Part shown: piece by piece, positions 57,712-64,000 of the stretch | How positions within the stretch are numbered: the stretch's first letter is position 1 | How the letters are laid out: each line of letters starts with the position of its first letter | Notes under the pieces: model-generated | What the model was told of the DNA's origin: nothing | The model's database searches: none | The model's input: only the letters and a program-made list of their open reading frames with translations | Virus record (IMG/VR): IMGVR_UViG_3300020576_005251 | Location: 64,001-128,000 of that record | DNA from: a virus | Taxonomy: Duplodnaviria > Caudoviricetes | Length of the DNA stretch: 64,000 bases | Strand: one strand, 5' to 3' | Made by a program: the position numbers and the translations under genes

Positions 57712-58248
57712 TCATCGCCTCGTCGTCAGCTGCGTGGCCGAGTGGCTCCCGGGCGCGCGGGTCAGCTGCCCATCCACCATCACCATGCGCCGCGTGGTGG
57801 TGATGACCGGGTCCTCGATGTACACGGGTTCGACCGTCCCCGAGCCCTCGCCCAGGCACATCACGAAGGTGCCATCCGTGTCGGGCGGTGCGTAGAGTCC
57901 GTTGGGTTCGGCCTGGGGGATGGCGGTGCCGCCGTTGTTGTAGACCACCGTCTGCGGGTTGGTCAGCTGGGTGGTCGCCGGGATCGGGAAGCCCAGGCTC
58001 TCGCAGCTGAACAGCAGCCCGCCGTTGCGGTTGAACACGTAGGTGTACGTGAGCGTCTGCGAGTTGCGCGCGCGGAAGAGCTGCGTCATCAGGTGCCGTT
58101 CGAGGCTCCAGTCGAACGTGGGAGCGGGCTGGTTGCGCACCAGTCCTTCTTGTGAGCGATTCACCTGCTCGCGCTCCAGGCGGTTGGCAGTGTCCTGCTC
58201 GCAGCTGGCGAGGAGGAGGGGGAAGAGCAGAAGGTACAGATACTTCAT
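57712..58248 (-). CDS. Phage lipoprotein
   Basis: MKYLYLLLFPLLLASC lipobox; TQLTNP…PQAEPNGLY. Confidence 0.7.
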   Translation of the reverse strand: MKYLYLLLFPLLLASCEQDTANRLEREQVNRSQEGLVRNQPAPTFDWSLERHLMTQLFRARNSQTLTYTYVFNRNGGLLFSCESLGFPIPATTQLTNPQTVVYNNGGTAIPQAEPNGLYAPPDTDGTFVMCLGEGSGTVEPVYIEDPVITTTRRMVMVDGQLTRAPGSHSATQLTTRR

Positions 58249-58562
58249 CGAACACCTCGGTTGAGCGCATCCTGGATGTCGGCCGGGACGCTGTTGGGGA
58301 TGAGATCGGCTTCGTGACGGAGCTGGCGGAAAAGCGCGCGGCGCTGAGCCTCGCTCAGCGCCTCATCGCAGTACTGCGTATAGATCTGGCGCATCGCGCC
58401 CTGGTGGCTCTGGATGTACTCCAGGGACTGGCGGTGATCCCGCACTTCCTGGGCGCGGATGTACGGCGCGATCACGCCGAAGGTGATGACGGTGCCGATG
58501 GCCAGCGCCGTGAGAGTGCCCCACCACTTGACGGTGATGGGGAGCAGGTTGTCGTGGATCAT
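58245..58562 (-). CDS. Single-TM membrane protein coupled to the lipoprotein
   Basis: WWGTLTALAIGTVITFGVI TM; ATGA overlaps on both sides. Confidence 0.6.
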   Translation of the reverse strand: MIHDNLLPITVKWWGTLTALAIGTVITFGVIAPYIRAQEVRDHRQSLEYIQSHQGAMRQIYTQYCDEALSEAQRRALFRQLRHEADLIPNSVPADIQDALNRGVR

Positions 58563-59056
58563 GGGAGGTCGTAGAGCTTTCCGTTGAGAGTCATCTTCGC
58601 TTCGCCGCCCATAACCCCCGCCCTCGACAACATGCCGATGGCGATCAGGCGGTAGAGACGCAGGGGGAGGCCGAGCGGGGCGGTCGTCCTGAACCCCATG
58701 CCTGCCTGGGTGTTCGAGGGAAGGCCCTTCACTTCGATCGTGACACACCCCGTGTCGAACACGTTGAGGTGAACCGTCTGTGCGAGGTGCTTGGCGTGCT
58801 CTTCGATCTGACTCTCGTCAGCGTAGTTGAGCATCGGAAGCAGCGTGTCCGCGATACGGCGTACGGCTCGTTCTGCATGGTCGTGGCTCAGATCTGACAC
58901 AAGGTGCGTCACGCCTTCGACAACCGAATCCCAGGCTGCGATGTCCGGCGTCGCCACCTGCGCACGATCCACGTGGAACACCCAGCGGGACCTCCCATCA
59001 AGGTCTTCGTTGCGCAGCGTCACCCGATACACGTCTTCTGTGAATGAAAACTCCAT
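58559..59056 (-). CDS. Hypothetical protein
   Basis: Coupled ORF. Confidence 0.55.
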   Translation of the reverse strand: MEFSFTEDVYRVTLRNEDLDGRSRWVFHVDRAQVATPDIAAWDSVVEGVTHLVSDLSHDHAERAVRRIADTLLPMLNYADESQIEEHAKHLAQTVHLNVFDTGCVTIEVKGLPSNTQAGMGFRTTAPLGLPLRLYRLIAIGMLSRAGVMGGEAKMTLNGKLYDLP

Positions 59057-59646
59057 TAGTTCCTCAATCCTGCCAAGAAGTTCTTGGCGTGCTTCTCGTC
59101 ATCAAACAGCGCCCAGTCGGTGGCGCGCAGCTCACTGCCTCGATCGCTGTTCTCGTCCCGTACCACCCACCAGCCGACCTCGCGGGAAGAGAACTTGTCG
59201 CCCGCCAGCTTGTACTTGGGGCCGGAGGTGTTCTTCGACGTACCCGTCATCTGTGTCTTGACCGTGCGCTTGCTCGGATCGAGACAGTACTCCAGATACG
59301 CCCTGGCGTAGCCCCAGGACTTCTCGACTCCCACGTACCAGAACATGCGCCCATCGGGGAGGGGCATCTGCATGATCTTGATGTCACCGAGCTCGGCGCG
59401 CATCCTTTGCAGGGTCTGGGGGAGCGCGCCGAACTCGTACTCGGCGGCTCCCATGTAGTGCATCGTGAAGTAGTGGTCGATCCCCTTTCTTGGGTTGTCG
59501 GTGTCTGGCCTTTCCTCCAGGATCTGCACCAGACATGGGCAGCGCAGCTCCTTGATCAGCCACGGGGCCAGGAGCTGCGCTTCGCGTTCGGGGGTCATCT
59601 TCGAGTCGTTCTTCGCGGCTTGTCGTGCTTCGTTCTTCTTTCCCAT
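59056..59646 (-). CDS. Hypothetical phage protein (YMGAAEYEFGALP motif)
   Basis: GAGGAG RBS before MGKKNE. Confidence 0.6.
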   Translation of the reverse strand: MGKKNEARQAAKNDSKMTPEREAQLLAPWLIKELRCPCLVQILEERPDTDNPRKGIDHYFTMHYMGAAEYEFGALPQTLQRMRAELGDIKIMQMPLPDGRMFWYVGVEKSWGYARAYLEYCLDPSKRTVKTQMTGTSKNTSGPKYKLAGDKFSSREVGWWVVRDENSDRGSELRATDWALFDDEKHAKNFLAGLRN

Positions 59647-59647
59647 T

Positions 59648-60172
59648 CTACTCCTCAGTCGGTGGCGTTGACTCACAGAACACACAGCGGCGATAGGCCG
59701 CAGGTCCTCCCGGATAGCCGTGGCAGTTCGGATACGGGCAGTCGTCAGACTCACAGAGGACGGCATCGACCGGCGTGAGCTTCTCGAAAGGCAGATCCGA
59801 ATACTGGGGCTTCTTGAGGAGAAACCTGCGGTAGGTCTCGCGTGCGAGTTCGTCGGTGAGGGCGATCAGGGTAGCGAGCTTGAGTTGGTAGACCTCCTCG
59901 GACATGCCCGGCGTCGCTTGCGATGCGTGAGGGTCGAGGTGCCGTCGCCCGAGCTCGGTGATCTCGAAGCGGATCGTCCGAGCGCCCCTCCCTCCGTTGG
60001 GCACACGATCCAGCTCGCGGATATACCCCTGGACGCGGAGGCGTTGCGTGACGCCAGTCACATTGAGGTACTTGCCACCTAGCGCCGCGTTCAGTCTGGC
60101 GTGGGTCAGCGGACCCTTCCGAAAAGCCTTCAGCGCCTTCTCCAACACGTCAGGGTCACGTTCCGCAGTCAC
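59648..60172 (-). CDS. Winged-helix DNA-binding protein with C-terminal Cys cluster
   Basis: GPLTHARLNAALG…QRLRVQGYI…RTIRFEITELGRRHL (PadR/MarR-like wing); CPYPNC…CVFC. Confidence 0.6.
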   Translation of the reverse strand: MTAERDPDVLEKALKAFRKGPLTHARLNAALGGKYLNVTGVTQRLRVQGYIRELDRVPNGGRGARTIRFEITELGRRHLDPHASQATPGMSEEVYQLKLATLIALTDELARETYRRFLLKKPQYSDLPFEKLTPVDAVLCESDDCPYPNCHGYPGGPAAYRRCVFCESTPPTEE

Positions 60173-60372
60173 CTCCGCCCCGCCATCGCCTTGAGCTCCA
60201 CCTCCAGGCTCAGGAGTACGGCGTATCGAGCCACCTCCACCTGCTTCACCCCTTTCAGCCCCCTCCGGGTCTGCTGCACACGCCGTGCCACGTCCTCGGG
60301 AGTGGTGCCGTCGCGGTGCGCCTCGGGTGCCCACCGCCTGATCTTCGCCCAGAGCGCTTGCCTGTTCTCCAT
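60169..60372 (-). CDS. Small hypothetical protein
   Basis: First gene of the - operon downstream of the non-coding locus. Confidence 0.5.
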   Translation of the reverse strand: MENRQALWAKIRRWAPEAHRDGTTPEDVARRVQQTRRGLKGVKQVEVARYAVLLSLEVELKAMAGRR

Positions 60373-60567
60373 ACTTTGCCCTTCCTGACCGAGCGGTCAG
60401 AGTTCCCTACTTTCCCTTCTACCAGCAAAGACGGGAATCTACGCAGGCGGGGAACGAGCCGCAGAGGGGGTCGGCAAAGATAACGTACACGAGGATGATA
60501 CCCGTGTACGTTGTTTACGTTAGGTTTGAACGCCTCGTTTTCTAGGGGTTCAAACGTAACGTAGACA

Positions 60568-61082
60568 GGTTTCCTAGCCAGCTATCAGTGATATGCCACT
60601 AAAGGGGGGTTGAGGCGCATGCCTGGGCGCCCGCCCGCAGGGACATTAGCGCCTGCGAGCGCGCACACGCGTTGCAACCCCCGTGCCGGAGGCACTCCCC
60701 CCAGCTACTTCTGCCTCCCCCGAAGAAACAGAGCAGACACCAAACCCTCTGAAAACAAAGGCAAAAGAAGCTGGCCCAAACCTTGCAGAACCCCAAAGAA
60801 CCAACCAATACATAAAAGCAACTCAATCCTTTGACGCGTTTATTTTTTTGACTTTCCAGACTTTTGGTCTGGTCTGGTGTTTGCTTGGTGTCTCTTGGCA
60901 TGGGGGTTGCTTTTCTTTCCTTGGCTTGGCTCTTGCTAAGGCCGAAGGCGGGTCGGCCTCCGGCCTGCCCCTTGCAACGCGCGCCGCGACCGCGCACGCG
61001 GTGATGTCCCCGCCCCCGCGCGCCCCGGCATGCGCCTCAACCCCCCTTTAGTGGCACATAGCTGATAGCTGGCTAGGAAACC
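60568..61082. repeat. Long inverted repeat (56-bp core arms 60568-60623 / 61027-61082) around an AT-rich spacer; candidate origin or terminus
   Basis: Arms match with 3 mismatches and extend imperfectly to about 110 bp; no credible ORF. Confidence 0.75.
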
Positions 61083-61190
61083 CCACCCCACCCCCTCGAA
61101 GCCCCCAGAAACAAGCCACTCTAACGTAAAGTAAACAACGCCCCTTGCCCTCACTCTCGGTTACGTTATTATTGCCCCTGGAGGTTCCCC

Positions 61191-61670
61191 ATGGCCCGTC
61201 CCCGCACCCAAGACCCCGTCGTCTCCACCACCATCTGTCTCCCCACGAGCGTCCTGCAACGCCTTCAAACCCTCTCCGACAGCCGCGTCGCCCGGGGTTT
61301 CCCTGCCAAGTCCGTGTCCAAGCTCCTCCACGAGATGACCCTCGCCGCCCTCCCCGCCTACGAAGCCTCCGAAGGCTATCTCTGGAATCCTCTAGCAAAC
61401 CGCAGCGCCGTCCCGGCCCCCCTCGGCCGTCCCCTCCCCTCCGAGCACTGTCTCCCCCTCCCTGGCGTCGCCCAGGCGCCCTCCACCTTCCCCCTCCCCC
61501 CTCCCCCTCCCCAGGCCCCGACCTACGCCCCCACCGACGCTCCCCCTCTCCGCGACCTCCTCGCCGCCGCCCAGGAGCAGCGCCTGGGCACGCACCAGGA
61601 CCTCTCCCTGGACACCTTCTTCGCCGAGCTCGGTCCCCAGGACACCCCGCCCCCCGGCCGCGCCCCCTGA
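61191..61670 (+). CDS. Ribbon-helix-helix-like DNA-binding protein with Pro-rich tail
   Basis: GGAGG RBS; MARPR…STTICLPTSVLQRLQTLS…SVSKLLHEM; lone + gene beside the inverted repeat. Confidence 0.55.
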   Translation: MARPRTQDPVVSTTICLPTSVLQRLQTLSDSRVARGFPAKSVSKLLHEMTLAALPAYEASEGYLWNPLANRSAVPAPLGRPLPSEHCLPLPGVAQAPSTFPLPPPPPQAPTYAPTDAPPLRDLLAAAQEQRLGTHQDLSLDTFFAELGPQDTPPPGRAP

Positions 61671-61818
61671 ATCCCCCAGCGATCCCCTCCCGACTCTCCC
61701 GTCTTCCCGCCTCAGCCCTCCCGACTTTCCCGCCTCCAAACTGACTTTCCAGACTTCACGCACCCTGACCACTCGGTCAACTTTCCAGCCACTCCAGACT
61801 TCCGACCCAAAAGAAACC

Positions 61819-61848
61819 GAGCCGCCGCCCCTCGACGGGCGGCGGCTC
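61819..61848 (-). terminator. Intrinsic terminator
   Basis: 12-bp stem gagccgccgccc/gggcggcggctc with T-tract on the - strand, downstream of the stop at 61880. Confidence 0.75.
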
Positions 61849-61879
61849 ATCGAGGGGGCGGCGTTCGTACGGCGTACGG

Positions 61880-62161
61880 TCAGGGTGAGGGCTTGATCCC
61901 TATCTCCTCCAACCTCTCCTCCAGCTTCCACTCCGGCCACGCCCGAAGCCCGCCGCTGTCCGAGTGGTTGACCAGGAAGTACCGCTTGCGAGGGTTGAGT
62001 GTGGGCTTGTGGTCGAGCTCCGTCACCCAGAACCCTCGCGCCTTGTAGTCCGACGCGAGGGCACCCGTCTCCGTGAGGATGAGGACGGTCCGCCCCAGCT
62101 TGACCAGCAGGAAGCGAGGGGCGGAGGGTAGTTCGGAGGCGTCCCGAACGCGGTGTGTCAC
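61880..62161 (-). CDS. Hypothetical protein
   Basis: GTGA-coupled start. Confidence 0.5.
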   Translation of the reverse strand: MTHRVRDASELPSAPRFLLVKLGRTVLILTETGALASDYKARGFWVTELDHKPTLNPRKRYFLVNHSDSGGLRAWPEWKLEERLEEIGIKPSP

Positions 62162-63237
62162 TTCACACTCGCCCAGATCGCCTCGTACTCGGGGTGGTTG
62201 GGTCGAGGCTCGCCAGCGGGGCGGACGTGGGCAGCTCGCGTGACGTACTGTCGGTACTCGAACAGAGCCTTCTTGTGTTCGGCGGCAGAGAAGCCACTCT
62301 GGTACCCCATCCGCACGCGGTCCTGCTCCTGCTTCCGAAGGGAGCACTCCGCGTACTCCACCGCCGCCTTCCGATACTTCTCGAAGTCCACCTCCACCTT
62401 CCCCACCTGACGAATCAGGGCGGGCTTCTTGACGACGCGGCACGCCCAGGGTTCGGCGGTCGTAGGGTCTTGCTGCTCGGCCCACTCTTTGGCCCAGAGC
62501 TCGATCGTCTCTCGATCGGACTCCTTCGCCACGTACATGCTCAGGTCCACCCAGACATTGACCCCCCGTTCGAGCTTTACGGCGTATTCCGCAGGCCGCA
62601 TCGGGTAGCCGTACACCGCCTTCTTCGTCTCGACGATGTCATCCACGTCGCACTTGCCCAGGTAGACCATCGCATCGAGCTTCCGGGTGAGGTACACCCC
62701 ACCCAGCTCGTAGTCCGCCTGCGTCAGGTCCTTGGTCGCCTTGCGCTCAGCGGCCTCCAGCATCGCCTTGTGGAGCGTTGACCCCACCCGCACGAGCCGG
62801 AGCTGTGTCTCGTAGCGCCCCCACACGAACGGCCCCGCGAGGATGCCGCCCTTCTTCGCCCCGCTCGCGAGGAGCGCATCGAGCACCACATCCTCACGCA
62901 TGTCGACGTAGAGCGTCCCATCCAGCACGCCACCCAACCGCACCTTGTAGGCACGCCCTCCTTCCTGCCGCACCTCCAGGCTCAGGATCTCGACGGACTT
63001 GATGGGGTCGTTGTCGAGCGTGGTGGAGGTGCACTTGCCATCCCCACCCCACCCCGCCGCCCATCTCCGCGCCGTCTCCTTCCCGTCCTTGGACTGTTCG
63101 TCCACCGCGAACGCAGGCGTCGCGGTGACAGGCGGGGCGATGTCGAGGTCGCTGAAGCCCGTCCAGCCGCGCCGCACCTCGACCTCCTCGCGCTGGAAGT
63201 ACACGAGGCGCTTGGGAATCTCACCGTAGATGATCAC
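62158..63237 (-). CDS. Hypothetical phage protein
   Basis: GTGA-coupled start VIIYGEIP; EVRQEGGRAYKV…YVDMREDV. Confidence 0.6.
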   Translation of the reverse strand: MIIYGEIPKRLVYFQREEVEVRRGWTGFSDLDIAPPVTATPAFAVDEQSKDGKETARRWAAGWGGDGKCTSTTLDNDPIKSVEILSLEVRQEGGRAYKVRLGGVLDGTLYVDMREDVVLDALLASGAKKGGILAGPFVWGRYETQLRLVRVGSTLHKAMLEAAERKATKDLTQADYELGGVYLTRKLDAMVYLGKCDVDDIVETKKAVYGYPMRPAEYAVKLERGVNVWVDLSMYVAKESDRETIELWAKEWAEQQDPTTAEPWACRVVKKPALIRQVGKVEVDFEKYRKAAVEYAECSLRKQEQDRVRMGYQSGFSAAEHKKALFEYRQYVTRAAHVRPAGEPRPNHPEYEAIWASVK

Positions 63238-63551
63238 GTCTCTCGCTCCATCTGTTCCTTGAACCCCACCCACGATTGGGCGAGGGACTGCTTCAGCGGC
63301 AGCTCCGCCAGCCGCCAGTTCTTGCGGTAGTTGATCGGCAGCGACTGATTCGCCTCCTTCAGCAGGTACTGCGCCATCGTATTCAGCGCCACGCCCTCCG
63401 CCGCCATCCCTTCTAGCGTCTCCGCCACGAACGCCGCGAGGTCGTGATGCGACTTCCGCATCCGCGCATCACGCTTCGCCTTGCAGTAGCTGATCACCTC
63501 GCTCGCCAGATAGACCGCGAGCGGCCTCGGGAAGGCACAGGGCTCACTCAT
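63234..63551 (-). CDS. Hypothetical protein
   Basis: Coupled ORF. Confidence 0.55.
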   Translation of the reverse strand: MSEPCAFPRPLAVYLASEVISYCKAKRDARMRKSHHDLAAFVAETLEGMAAEGVALNTMAQYLLKEANQSLPINYRKNWRLAELPLKQSLAQSWVGFKEQMERET

Positions 63552-63769
63552 TCGTCGTCCCCGCCCCAGTCCACGTCCTCGTGCTCACCCTCATCTTCCT
63601 TCTCCCACCCCGGCTGGTTCTCCTCCATCTCCTCGATCGCCACCGCCTCCAGGTACGCCTCCAGCTCCCCCTCCAGCTCCTTCTCTCGAATGAACCCACG
63701 CAGGTGGATCAGCATGCACTCGCGGTCCCACCTGCACAGGTCCAGCGCCCGTTGCCCTCGTTCACTCAT
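63548..63769 (-). CDS. Small acidic hypothetical protein
   Basis: TGATG-coupled start MSERGQ. Confidence 0.5.
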   Translation of the reverse strand: MSERGQRALDLCRWDRECMLIHLRGFIREKELEGELEAYLEAVAIEEMEENQPGWEKEDEGEHEDVDWGGDDE

Positions 63770-64000
63770 CAGACCCTCTTTCCGATCTTGATCACCCGGC
63801 AATAGAAGCTCACCGGCTCTTCGTCGTAGCTGTCGAACTCCGGGACCTCCACCATGTGGCCGTTCTCAGGCATCATTGCGCCGAACACCCACCCACCGAG
63901 GTAGTTGAGCCAGCGCGCGTCGTATTCCGGCTCATTGAGCGGGTACGCAGCCGTATCGAAGCCGTCCACATCCGCGCGCTGGAGATCGCGGATGTAGTCG
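63769..64000 (-). CDS. Hypothetical protein (5' end probably outside window)
   Basis: Frame appears open to the window edge. Confidence 0.45.
   Translation of the reverse strand, partial: DYIRDLQRADVDGFDTAAYPLNEPEYDARWLNYLGGWVFGAMMPENGHMVEVPEFDSYDEEPVSFYCRVIKIGKRV

Larger units (their letters stand above)
1701..62586. repeat. Dispersed palindrome TACG[C/G]CGTA, 32 exact copies plus 4 central-A/T variants
   Basis: Starts at 1701, 2839, 4999, 7177, 8375, 11119, 11752, 13511, 16076, 17649, 19739, 21324, 23433, 28599, 30143, 32232, 34133, 36213, 37121, 40028, 42039, 45645, 46869, 49250, 50814, 53444, 54320, 56483, 58855, 60217, 61868, 62578; variants at 26167, 35369, 44343, 50946 (manual scan). 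Confidence 0.9.

Noticed and set aside
60599-61154. Short ORFs inside the inverted-repeat locus
   Set aside because: Atypical composition, no RBS, and mirror-image ends (ACASTPL on both strands) generated by the repeat.
1701-62586. TACGSCGTA as a by-product of a protein motif (YAV/YGV)
   Set aside because: It occurs in all three frames, on both strands, intergenically and with uncommon codons.
1-64000. Alternative genetic code, tRNA/rRNA genes, integrase/transposase, reverse transcriptase or DGR
   Set aside because: Genes tile densely under the standard code with coupled stops and starts. I recognised no such motifs or cloverleafs by eye; a tRNAscan/Infernal run would be needed to exclude small RNAs.

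Overview
This window is part of a large, high-GC (about two-thirds GC by eye) tailed phage genome of jumbo-myovirus type. No host genes, rRNA, tRNA or CRISPR array are visible. 1-28.9 kb is a mostly + strand late/virion block: the C-terminal part of a phage RNA polymerase beta' subunit, a run of putative head/core proteins, a prohead protease, capsid decoration and major capsid proteins, neck and tail-completion proteins, tail sheath, tail tube, baseplate spike, a fibre-like protein and an amidase endolysin. 29-60 kb is a mostly - strand block of small, translationally coupled accessory genes (thymidine kinase, DUF3846-like, five DUF6197-like paralogues, lipoproteins) with scattered virion-type genes. 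60.4-61.9 kb is a non-coding, AT-richer locus with a long inverted repeat, flanked by wHTH and RHH genes; it is a candidate origin or terminus. The main unexplained signals are: (1) a 9-bp palindrome TACG[C/G]CGTA found 32 times by manual count (36 with central A/T variants), spaced about every 2 kb, inside genes in all three frames; (2) a pervasive K-x-A motif in putative head proteins, suggesting a protease cleavage/targeting code acting on glycine-zipper cargo proteins; (3) TAnnnT boxes exactly 6 nt before start codons, suggesting leaderless late transcription. All annotations are by-eye motif recognition, not database results.
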